Origin: a virus
Length of the DNA stretch: 45,878 nucleotides
Virus record (IMG/VR): IMGVR_UViG_3300047311_000827
Direction: 5' to 3' (one strand)
The notes below the pieces were generated by a model. That model ran no database searches, was not told the DNA's origin, and saw only the letters and a list, made by a program, of their open reading frames with translations. Within the stretch, counting starts at the first letter, position 1, and every line of letters begins with the position of its first letter. Shown in pieces: positions 1 to 7,488 of this stretch. A program made the position numbers and the translations under genes.

Positions 1-127
1 CTCCTTCTCCGCCACGACCATGATGTACTGACGCCTAGGCAGGAGGCTGTGCCTCATGAAGCCGTCGCTCGGCGCCGTCACTCGCTTCCAGATCACGCGT
101 CTCACTTGCCGAACAGCTCCCTCACGT
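1..127. repeat. Terminal direct repeat copy 1 (exact copy of 45752-45878); circular-closure overlap
   Basis: Compared base by base: ctccttctccgccacgacc...gaacagctccctcacgt occurs at both window ends. It cuts through the 3' end of the CDS 102-1028. Confidence 0.9.
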
Positions 128-1028
128 GACGCTCGTTGTCGCGGCGATCCTCGTCGGCCGAGGCCTCGCGCGCCCTGATCTCGGTCGTGGTCCTGGCCTC
201 AGAACCCGGCGCGTAGTACGCGAACTCGGTCGTCACCTTGCGCTCGATCGCGTCAGCGATGAAGAACTTGATCCACCGCATCTCGTGGACGCCTCCAGCC
301 CACAGCCAGCCGGCGAACTTGAACCAGCGTTTACGGTCGGCAATGCCGGCACGCACAAGCATAAGCTGGATCTCCTGTGCGTTGAAACTCTTTCGGTCGA
401 GATCCTTGCCCTCACTGAGGTCCACGAGCAGCCTGCGGACGCCGACCAGGTTCGCCATCGCCGCGTCCTCCCGCTCCGAGACAGGTCCGTCGGCGACGCT
501 GCCGACGATCTTGATTCTTGTCTTCGTGTGGGGGTTTGGTGGGGTAGGGGAAGGAAGGGTCCTAGGGGAGGAAGGGGAAGGGGAGGAAGGGGACCAAGGT
601 GGATCACAGCTGCTGTCAGACGAGGGTTGATTCTGCGGATTGTTCAGAGCTATTTCAGAGTCATGTTGATGGACATCTTCTGATCCGAGGAATGACAGCT
701 GCTCAGCGGCCTCGGAACCGATGGCGGATCGCGTGCGCTTGGCGGCGTCGTGGAACTCGATCAGGAGACGCTTCTGCACGAACTTGCCGCGCGACTTCTT
801 GAAACACGCCATGATCGCGGGGCCGACACGTTGCCACACGTGCTGAGCCTCAGCGAGGCGAGCGATCGTCGGCTCGTCGGCGATCACTCCTGGAGTCGTC
901 GTCTTCCACGACTTGAACAGAACCTTCATGTATGCGCCGAAGGTCTCCAGGTCCATGCCCACCACGTTCTCGTCGCCGAGCAACGCGTCGACCCAGATCG
1001 ACAGGAACTGCCTCTTGCGCGCCGTCAT
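102..1028 (-). CDS. DUF1376/YdaU-like putative replication-initiation protein with Pro/Ser-rich linker and unassigned C-terminal domain
   Basis: ORF-track frame 102..1223 trimmed to the ATG at 1026-1028, the first ATG after the terminator. The N-terminus MTARKRQFLSIWVDALLGDENVVGMDLETFGAYMKVLFKSW...KFVQKRLLIEF matches the DUF1376 pattern as I remember it. A linker SSPSPSSPRTLPSPTPPNP follows. The stop TGA at 102-104 lies inside the terminal repeat. Confidence 0.6.
   Translation of the reverse strand: MTARKRQFLSIWVDALLGDENVVGMDLETFGAYMKVLFKSWKTTTPGVIADEPTIARLAEAQHVWQRVGPAIMACFKKSRGKFVQKRLLIEFHDAAKRTRSAIGSEAAEQLSFLGSEDVHQHDSEIALNNPQNQPSSDSSCDPPWSPSSPSPSSPRTLPSPTPPNPHTKTRIKIVGSVADGPVSEREDAAMANLVGVRRLLVDLSEGKDLDRKSFNAQEIQLMLVRAGIADRKRWFKFAGWLWAGGVHEMRWIKFFIADAIERKVTTEFAYYAPGSEARTTTEIRAREASADEDRRDNERHVRELFGK
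530..592 (+). repeat. G-run tract (about seven runs of G4-5) on the plus strand, with G-quadruplex potential
   Basis: gggggtttggtggggtaggggaaggaagggtcctaggggaggaaggggaaggggaggaagggg. This is the complement of the Pro/Ser linker codons of the 102-1028 gene. Confidence 0.6.
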
Positions 1029-1046
1029 TCTGTCTCTTCCCCAAGT

Positions 1047-1090
1047 AGAAACAAAAAAAGGCCCGGCCTCCCGCGAGGGAGGACCGAGCC
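1047..1090 (-). terminator. Rho-independent terminator inside the early leftward operon
   Basis: Minus-strand read: GGCUCGGUCCUCCC-UCGC-GGGAGGCCGGGCC, a 13-bp GC-rich stem with one bulge and one G-U pair. It is followed by UUUUUUUGUUUC. It sits in the 103-nt gap between the stop at 1132 and the start at 1028. Confidence 0.8.
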
Positions 1091-1131
1091 TTTGTACCAC
1101 TGACCAACGTGAATCGCGAAACTCTTTCTTC

Positions 1132-1401
1132 CTACGCCACCAGCTTGATGCTCCGCGGGATGCGCGGCTCGCGCGTGATGCGGCCCTGCTTCTGCAGTTC
1201 CCGCAACCACACCACGACCGCACTGTGCGAGACCTTGATCGCCTCGCTCAGGTCGCGGATCGACGGCGGGTAGCCATGTGCCTCGCTGAACTCCTTGATC
1301 TTCTCGATCACGTCGTCCAACCGGCCCGCCGTCTTCGAGCTCTTGATCTCGGGCTTCTGCGGCTTCACTTCCTTCTTCGGCGCCTTCTTCCTGGTGCTCA
1401 T
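1132..1401 (-). CDS. LexA N-terminal-domain-like winged-helix DNA-binding protein (no peptidase domain) with Lys-rich tail
   Basis: 89 aa with an ATG start overlapping the upstream stop (ATGA). IEKIKEFSEAHGYPPSIRDLSEAIKVSHSAVVVWLRELQKQGRITR matches the LexA DNA-binding-domain pattern (G.PPS.REI....S.S.V..HL..L..KG.I.R). Confidence 0.6.
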   Translation of the reverse strand: MSTRKKAPKKEVKPQKPEIKSSKTAGRLDDVIEKIKEFSEAHGYPPSIRDLSEAIKVSHSAVVVWLRELQKQGRITREPRIPRSIKLVA

Positions 1402-1877
1402 GCATCCTCCCGTCTGCCGTGTGCTAGATCGTCACGCAACGCAGCGTCTGCGTCGGCGTGCACGTCGAACAGATCGCCCGCGAACGGCAGCGGCTCGACC
1501 TTGAACTTCCTCTTCGTCGCCTCGAACTCGCCCACGTGGCCGACCGCGACCATCTTGCCGTGCTTCACCATACGCGCGATGAAGTCGGCCGTCACCCAAC
1601 CCCTCTGGTCCCACGCCACGTACGCGCTGTCGCACTCGCGAGCCATCGCCTCGTTCCTGCACATCGTCGCCTCGCGTCGCGACTGGCCTTCCTCCTGGAC
1701 GATCGCGTATTGCTCGAACGTCTTGCCGGCGGACAGGATCGCGTCGCCGAGTCGCCGGTAGTCGCCCTCCTCGATAATGAAACTCGCATCCGTGTCGGCC
1801 TTAGCGATCACTTGAGAAAGGCTGTTGATCACCTCCTTGTGCATGCCACGACTGACCATCAGCGCCAGCTTCTTCAT
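1398..1877 (-). CDS. Hypothetical protein (possible nucleoside 2-deoxyribosyltransferase-like/SLOG Rossmann fold)
   Basis: Frame 1398..2171 trimmed to the ATG at 1875-1877, which overlaps the upstream stop (ATGA). MKKLALMVSRG... and ...CRNEAMARECDSAYVAWDQRGWVTADFIARMVKHGKMV weakly resemble DUF4406/deoxyribosyltransferase-like motifs. Confidence 0.35.
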   Translation of the reverse strand: MKKLALMVSRGMHKEVINSLSQVIAKADTDASFIIEEGDYRRLGDAILSAGKTFEQYAIVQEEGQSRREATMCRNEAMARECDSAYVAWDQRGWVTADFIARMVKHGKMVAVGHVGEFEATKRKFKVEPLPFAGDLFDVHADADAALRDDLAHGRREDA

Positions 1878-2392
1878 CGCGTCCCCTTGATGCTCAAGAG
1901 AAGGAGATCCGTGTGCCACAGGTTCCCGATCGGCACCTCGTAACGCTCCTTCTCGGGGTTGAACTTGCCGCGGGCTTTCACTTGATCGTAGGTGAGATAA
2001 CCGAGGCATGCAACCTTGTACAGCCCTCCACTCGGACTCGGCCTCTTCAGGGTGACGAAGAGGATGTTGACGTCGTCGGTGTAGCGATCGCTGCAGCAGT
2101 AAACCAAGCCGTTGTCGAAGCTCACCGACTTCACGTCGACGTTGATCTCCGGGTAGTCCAGCTTGTCCCAACAGTCAATGCTCTTGTTCCACTTGATCGC
2201 GCCCTTGCTGAGAGGCTCCAACACCGACTCAGAGATGGCGCCCTCGCAGTCGTACTCCCACCACCTGCCTCGATCGACCGCCTTGTTCGTCAAACCATTG
2301 ATCCTGGAGCTGACCTGTCGAGCTGCTCCGATGCCGGCTGCCATCGTCGTCCACTCACGCGACATGACGACGTAGACCTGCTGCGGAGTCAC
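1874..2392 (-). CDS. Hypothetical protein with a possible PD-(D/E)xK nuclease motif
   Basis: Frame 1874..2656. An in-frame GTG at 2390-2392 overlaps the upstream stop as GTGA, which is the house style in this genome. The alternative ATG at 2365 has no SD. DYPEINVDVKS fits D...(D/E)xK. Confidence 0.35.
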   Translation of the reverse strand: MTPQQVYVVMSREWTTMAAGIGAARQVSSRINGLTNKAVDRGRWWEYDCEGAISESVLEPLSKGAIKWNKSIDCWDKLDYPEINVDVKSVSFDNGLVYCCSDRYTDDVNILFVTLKRPSPSGGLYKVACLGYLTYDQVKARGKFNPEKERYEVPIGNLWHTDLLLLSIKGTR

Positions 2393-2751
2393 GACTCGCT
2401 CGACGACGCTTCCAACTGGCCCCTCAACCATTTGATGGACTCCTCCTTGGCGTCGTCCAGGAGCCACCTCGACAACAGATCGGTGGCGTCCGGGATCGCC
2501 GCTGACGGTTTGAAGTTGCGGTCCTTGAGCAACTCCTTGGTGGTCGGCCCGCCGGCTCTCGTGAGCTCGCGCACGATCTCGTTGGCGATGCAGATCTTCA
2601 GCACCTCCAGCTGAGGCAGCGGCGGGACTTCGTGATACGGGATGCGCTGCGCCCACGTCTCGATCGCATTGATCGCGATCCTGAGCGCAGCTGACGGATG
2701 CGTGCCTCGTCCATGGCCCCTCATGATCAGGTCTCCGAGTGGTCTCGTCAC
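2389..2751 (-). CDS. Hypothetical protein
   Basis: 120-aa ORF. The GTG start at 2749-2751 overlaps the upstream stop (GTGA). No motif recognised. Confidence 0.6.
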   Translation of the reverse strand: MTRPLGDLIMRGHGRGTHPSAALRIAINAIETWAQRIPYHEVPPLPQLEVLKICIANEIVRELTRAGGPTTKELLKDRNFKPSAAIPDATDLLSRWLLDDAKEESIKWLRGQLEASSSES

Positions 2752-3323
2752 TGGATCACCAACCTCGCGGTCCTGGTCAACCGCGCCCCTTCAACGTGGT
2801 GGCCGCTCTTGATGGCCTCCTTGATCTTGGCCTTGTCGGGGACGAGCGCGGGCGGCGGTGGTACCCGCTTCATGTCGTCCGGGATCAGGTGAGGCTGGGT
2901 GATCTCCACCGACTCGGGATTGAGGCGGCGTACCAGCTCACAGGTGTTGCACACGATCTTGTCCTGATCGCGCATCTCCATGACGCGGAGTACGTACTCC
3001 CGCATGCGCCTCGCGGCGCCGTCGAACCTCTTCTTCCTGGCGGTCACGCGGTCGATCTCGCTCTCCGCGGCCTCGACGCACATGTCCATGTCCAAGATGA
3101 AGTCCGCCACCGCCTCGACCTTCGACAGCAGCGCGTCAGCGGTGCGAGCGAACTCGCGTTGAGCCACCTCCAACTGCTCGACCGCCTCGGGGTTGATGCC
3201 GCCGTCCTCGGCCTCCAGGTTTGCGTTGGCCTCGTCCATGCGCTGGCTGAGGCCGACGAGGGTGTTGTAGGCCACCATCTCGTCGGTGCTGATCTCGAAC
3301 AGACTGCGCTTGCGGAGGCTCAT
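2748..3323 (-). CDS. Siphovirus Gp157-like protein (recombination-module accessory)
   Basis: Frame 2748..3914 trimmed to the ATG at 3321-3323 (ATGA overlap). It is a coiled-coil protein ending ...PDKAKIKEAIKSGHHVEGARLTRTARLVIQ. That ending matches the Gp157 C-terminal pattern (dk..ik..lk.g....Ga.l......l.ir). Confidence 0.6.
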   Translation of the reverse strand: MSLRKRSLFEISTDEMVAYNTLVGLSQRMDEANANLEAEDGGINPEAVEQLEVAQREFARTADALLSKVEAVADFILDMDMCVEAAESEIDRVTARKKRFDGAARRMREYVLRVMEMRDQDKIVCNTCELVRRLNPESVEITQPHLIPDDMKRVPPPPALVPDKAKIKEAIKSGHHVEGARLTRTARLVIQ

Positions 3324-4399
3324 GCGCCGCCCTCCGTCGAGATGATCTCGATCTGCGAGATGAACTCGTCGATCTCGGCATCGCTGATCTGCGAGTACTT
3401 GCGCCACGACTTGCCCATGGTCTCGTTGATCAGATCCATCATCTCGCCGTCGTTGAGACCGCGCCGATCGCGCACTGCGTCGAGCGCCTTCAACTTCTCG
3501 ATCCGCGGGTGGGCCGACTTCTCCGGCGCCTTCGCCGGCGCCTTCGCCGGCTCGGCCTTGGCCTCGGGCTTCGTCTCGGCCTTGAGGTCCGCCGCGGCCT
3601 TGGCCTTCGTCTCGGCCTCGGCCATGTCCTCCAGGTCCTGCGTGAAGAGGTCGCTGCTGCCCGTGGCCGCGATCGTGGCGTCCACCTTGGCCCTCTTCTC
3701 GGCCATCTTCACGAGGGTGTTCTCGAGGTCGTAGGCGTCGGGGTTCGGCACGCGGCCCGCCACCAAGTCCACGAGCCGCGAGTCGTTCTCCGCGAACTCC
3801 ATGCCGCAGCCGCCCGCCTTCTGCATGCACACGAACGGCTTCGTGCCCTTGAACGGACCGCCGCGCGCCTCCCACTTGCTGAGGATGATCGTGGGCTGAC
3901 CGCAGTTCGGGCACTTGCGCCCAGCGTTGCGGAAGCGGTGCTTCACCTCCCAGCTGTTCGCGGCGCCCATGCCGACCCCGACGACCGGCCCGGCCGTCGA
4001 TCCGACGTGGACCGTACAGCGGACGATCACCGAGATCGCCGGCGTCTCGGCGTTGGCCACGTCGCCGCGCACGATCTGAGGCGCCTCGGGGTTCGCGACG
4101 TACTTGTGCAGCTTGAGGAGGAGCTCGGCGCCGGCCTTGAACAAGCCGACGCGCCCCTCGGCCACCGCCTTCTTCAACTCCTCGTCCTTCAACCCCGGCA
4201 CGCCGTAGTGAACGCCGGCCACCATGAGCTCGCGGCAGATCTTCCGCATGCGCTTGTAATGGACGGTCATCTTCTCCAGGAGCGCGGAGAACTGCGTCTC
4301 GTCGAGCTCCGCCAACGGGTACGCGGGCTGCTCGATCACGATCATGCTGCTGCCCGCGTTCGGTCCACGGACTTCCATGCTCTCATCAAGATTCAACAT
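3320..4399 (-). CDS. Putative single-strand annealing protein (ERF/Rad52-superfamily-like) with inserted zinc ribbon and KAEP-rich linker
   Basis: 359 aa with an ATG start. It sits next to Gp157. LFKAGAELLLKLHKY and ENTLVKMAEKRAKVDATIAATGSSDLFTQD resemble annealing-protein core motifs. An insert reads CPNCG...CMQKAGGCG. The linker reads AEAETKAKAAADLKAETKPEAKAEPAKAPAKAPEK. Confidence 0.45.
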   Translation of the reverse strand: MLNLDESMEVRGPNAGSSMIVIEQPAYPLAELDETQFSALLEKMTVHYKRMRKICRELMVAGVHYGVPGLKDEELKKAVAEGRVGLFKAGAELLLKLHKYVANPEAPQIVRGDVANAETPAISVIVRCTVHVGSTAGPVVGVGMGAANSWEVKHRFRNAGRKCPNCGQPTIILSKWEARGGPFKGTKPFVCMQKAGGCGMEFAENDSRLVDLVAGRVPNPDAYDLENTLVKMAEKRAKVDATIAATGSSDLFTQDLEDMAEAETKAKAAADLKAETKPEAKAEPAKAPAKAPEKSAHPRIEKLKALDAVRDRRGLNDGEMMDLINETMGKSWRKYSQISDAEIDEFISQIEIISTEGGA

Positions 4400-4622
4400 G
4401 TGCTCCTCCGATCCGGTTCATCTCGTCGATCAAGATCCTCACCGCCTCAGCCAACACGATGCGCTTCCCCTTCGGACTCACGCCTCCCTTCTCGATCACC
4501 ACTACCGTGACGCTCGGCGCGGGGAGGCGGCGCATCGATCCGACCACGATCTCAACGCTCCCCTCCTCCGCGGCCTCGAACTTCTTGACGCCGTCCTCCT
4601 TGACCACGACGTAGCTGAACAT
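4386..4622 (-). CDS. Hypothetical protein
   Basis: 78 aa, ATG preceded by an AAGGAGA SD. Confidence 0.6.
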   Translation of the reverse strand: MFSYVVVKEDGVKKFEAAEEGSVEIVVGSMRRLPAPSVTVVVIEKGGVSPKGKRIVLAEAVRILIDEMNRIGGAHVES

Positions 4623-4666
4623 GGTGTCTCCTTGTACACTGAAACCGCTGTCAAGCAGAAACTCTT

Positions 4667-5608
4667 TCAGCGGATGGTCTCAGTGAAGCCGCTGCCCACG
4701 TCGCCCGTGAACGAGACCTTCGGGATCTCCATCGGCGGCGGGTTGCCCGCGATGTCGATGACGTCCGTGTACTCCCAACTCTTGAGGTGCCACGCCCCGT
4801 CGTCTCCGCGTGCCGCGATCGCCCGCCACGGCCTGACCGACAGCCGAAACCCCTGCAGGCGGTCCACAGCGACGCGACCAGCGATGACCTCGACGCGATC
4901 CTGCCCGTCGGGCGGACTGGCCCAGAGAACAATCGAGCCGTCCACGGTCTCCAGCCCTCGGTTACGGAGCTGCATGTAGTCGAGGCCGAGGTTGACGCGC
5001 ATATGCGCGACGCCGGTGGCCACGCCCTTCTTGTCGATCGACAGCGTGGACTCCCAGAGGAGGTCGGGCCGCGCGGCGCCGAAGCCGACCGTCAACTGAG
5101 TCGCATACTCGCCGAACTTCGCGCGTCCCTTCTCCGACCCGGGCACCTCGGCCATCTTGTACAGCGCCGTGGCGAACCGACTGGTGATCTCCGACCGCGC
5201 ATCCTGGAGGACGTTGGCGCGATTGGTGTAGGACTCGCTCTTCAACTTCTGATCCGCGGCGAATCGCTCGCGCCACAGTCGGCGCGAGCTGCGGTTCATG
5301 CTCGTTCCCATCGCCTCGGTGGAGAACTCCTTGAACTCCCGCCGCTGCGAGTAGGTCGTCTTCATGCCCTTCACCATGTCGAGGCACTGACACTGCTTGT
5401 CGCCCATCTTCTGGAACATCGCCATCGCGGCGAGCTCCGCCTTGCTGTGATTGTGAGTCGTGATCGGGCCGAGCCGCGTCCAGGAGATGCGGTGCAGCGC
5501 GCCCGAGCATCTGATCCTCGTCGTCTCGACCACCTTCTTGCCCGACAACTTCAGCCTGCGCTTCTCACTGAGCCGGTACGCGAGCGATCTTTCCCACATG
5601 TGGTTCAT
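4667..5608 (-). CDS. Hypothetical protein (313 aa), downstream partner of the ATPase/VWA genes
   Basis: ATG with a GAAGGAG SD. No motif recognised. Confidence 0.65.
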   Translation of the reverse strand: MNHMWERSLAYRLSEKRRLKLSGKKVVETTRIRCSGALHRISWTRLGPITTHNHSKAELAAMAMFQKMGDKQCQCLDMVKGMKTTYSQRREFKEFSTEAMGTSMNRSSRRLWRERFAADQKLKSESYTNRANVLQDARSEITSRFATALYKMAEVPGSEKGRAKFGEYATQLTVGFGAARPDLLWESTLSIDKKGVATGVAHMRVNLGLDYMQLRNRGLETVDGSIVLWASPPDGQDRVEVIAGRVAVDRLQGFRLSVRPWRAIAARGDDGAWHLKSWEYTDVIDIAGNPPPMEIPKVSFTGDVGSGFTETIR

Positions 5609-5631
5609 GGCTGGACTCCTTCATCCGTTGG

Positions 5632-6921
5632 TTACTTGACGTCCACGACCTTGCCGACGTGGATGGGCACGTTGCCCGGTTGACCTGAGACGTTGCAGAC
5701 GATGACCACCATGTCGCGAGGCATCTCGTGCTTCGCGGGCCACGGCGTGATGCAGTCGGTGATCAAGACCATCATGTTGTAGCCCTTCTCCTCGGCGTAC
5801 TTGAAGGCGAGACGCATGTCGGTGCCGCCGCCGCCCTTGAGGAGTTTCTTGATCGCCTCGGCGTCACTCACGGACGCCACCTCCTGGATCTTCGCATCCA
5901 CCGCGAAGCACTCGCATGCGCAGTTGACCGCCTTCAAGATCCCCGCGGCCTCGCTCACCGCGGAGACCAGCAGGCCGGCCATACTGCCCGAGGTGTCGAT
6001 CGCGATCGCGGGCCGCGGTACGCGGGAGATCGTGCTCGGCAACACCGGCGCCTTCGATCCCCACAGGCCTGCGACCGCCCAGCTGCGACGCGACGGCCGA
6101 CGATACGAGAAGTCCGTGGCGCCCTTGACCACGTTGATGCCGTGACGGACGTGCGCGGCGAGTTGCTTGCGCCAGTCGATCGTCGGCGGCTTCAACTGCT
6201 CGTTGGCCCACACGGCCCAACTGCCCGGGACCGTTCCCGGCTGCTGACCACGGATCGCCTCGGCCGTGGTCTTGCGGATCACGCCCTGCTCGATCTCGTT
6301 GTTCTTCGACACGTCGCACGCCTTGCCCTCGATCGGATCGGGGTTCGATGCGCAACCGCCGCAGCGACCGCCCGCTCCGGGCATCGGCTTGCCCAACGTG
6401 ATCTTGACGATGCGGCCGTCCTTCACCGCCTTCTCCGCGCCCTCCAGGAGTGCGAGCACGTAGAACTCCATGGTCTTCCTCTCGGGGAACTTAAACAGCC
6501 GCGGCGTCAACGGCGTGAAGCCGACCGGCCACGCGAATCCCGTGGCCAAGATGTCGTCGTTGATCTCGAGGTCGCCCGCGTAGTTGCACAACGCGTGCAT
6601 GGACTCGATGCCGTACATCGCCATCAACGCGTCCCTCACCTGGTCGTAGCGCGAAGAGATCAACGGCTTGATCGCGTTGCCGCGGGCGTGATGCTCCCGC
6701 TCGTTGTGCTGCAACTCGTGGAGCTGGACCGTGGCCGCGCCGTCCGGCCCGATCGCCTCGGCGAAGTCGGGGTCGTAGAACATGCGCGACCCCTCATCCA
6801 CCGCGAACGTACCGAGACCCTTCGACTCGACGGGCTTGAGATTGTAGACGGCCGTCGTGAACCACGTCAAGATGCTGTGGATCTTGAGACGGCCTGCGGC
6901 GAGGATCGAGAGACCCCTCAT
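5632..6921 (-). CDS. VWA-domain protein with N-terminal HExxH metallopeptidase-like domain (DUF2201-type, MoxR partner)
   Basis: Frame 5632..7053 trimmed to the ATG at 6919-6921 (ATGA overlap). It has HELQH with downstream EREHH, and a MIDAS motif AIDTSGSM. The C-terminus GGGTDMRLAF...MVLITD is typical of VWA. Confidence 0.75.
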   Translation of the reverse strand: MRGLSILAAGRLKIHSILTWFTTAVYNLKPVESKGLGTFAVDEGSRMFYDPDFAEAIGPDGAATVQLHELQHNEREHHARGNAIKPLISSRYDQVRDALMAMYGIESMHALCNYAGDLEINDDILATGFAWPVGFTPLTPRLFKFPERKTMEFYVLALLEGAEKAVKDGRIVKITLGKPMPGAGGRCGGCASNPDPIEGKACDVSKNNEIEQGVIRKTTAEAIRGQQPGTVPGSWAVWANEQLKPPTIDWRKQLAAHVRHGINVVKGATDFSYRRPSRRSWAVAGLWGSKAPVLPSTISRVPRPAIAIDTSGSMAGLLVSAVSEAAGILKAVNCACECFAVDAKIQEVASVSDAEAIKKLLKGGGGTDMRLAFKYAEEKGYNMMVLITDCITPWPAKHEMPRDMVVIVCNVSGQPGNVPIHVGKVVDVK

Positions 6922-7463
6922 GACTGCACCCCCTTCTTCTTCGCGATGCGGTTGTACTCGTCGGAGATCGCCGCCTGCTCGGCCGCGTACATCTCCCTCA
7001 TCCCCTTCAGCACCTCGCCCATGTCGCCCGTGAGGTCGAAGGCGAGGGCGCACTCGTCCGCGGACTTGATCGCGTCCTGGACGCGCTTCATGTGGACCGA
7101 CGCGTAGGCGCCAGCCTTCTTGAAGTCGAGATCATTCCACGACTTCTTGACGGCTGAAAGTCTGCTCTTCGCGACGCTGACTGTGTGGTCCAACGCCCTG
7201 CGGATGCGGCCCGCCTCCTCCATCATCGCGATCTTCGCCATGCGCATCAGCGAGTCCTTCTCATTGGAGTCGAAGCGGACGATCTCCACCTTCGCGCCCT
7301 TGCTCGTCATCTCGTTGATCGGCAGGAGGGCCACGCGGCCCTCCGGCACGATCCAGCACGAGTAGTTGATGCGGACGCCGTGGCGCTTGAACTGCTCGCT
7401 AGGATTGACGATCTCCTTGGTGAGCCGCGCCGGGATGTCGTACACGATCAGGTAGTAGTTCAT
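6918..7463 (-). CDS. Hypothetical protein with Cas2-like (ferredoxin-fold) N-terminal motif and helical C-terminal half
   Basis: MNYYLIVYDIPARLTKEIVNPSEQFKRHGVRINYSCWIV parallels the Cas2 signature (y.lv.YDI......r.....L...G..r.Q.SVf). It sits between the MoxR and VWA genes. Confidence 0.4.
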   Translation of the reverse strand: MNYYLIVYDIPARLTKEIVNPSEQFKRHGVRINYSCWIVPEGRVALLPINEMTSKGAKVEIVRFDSNEKDSLMRMAKIAMMEEAGRIRRALDHTVSVAKSRLSAVKKSWNDLDFKKAGAYASVHMKRVQDAIKSADECALAFDLTGDMGEVLKGMREMYAAEQAAISDEYNRIAKKKGVQS

Positions 7464-7488
7464 TGACGGTTCCCTTCGGTTGGTTGGT

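Noticed and set aside
5632-7053. Longer track versions of many genes (for example 5632-7053, 102-1223, 1398-2171, 2748-3914, 38987-39595, 40786-43026, 43037-44563)
   Set aside because: The upstream extensions overlap the preceding gene by hundreds of nt with Arg-rich translations. Internal starts that form ATGA/GTGA overlaps or carry SDs were preferred.
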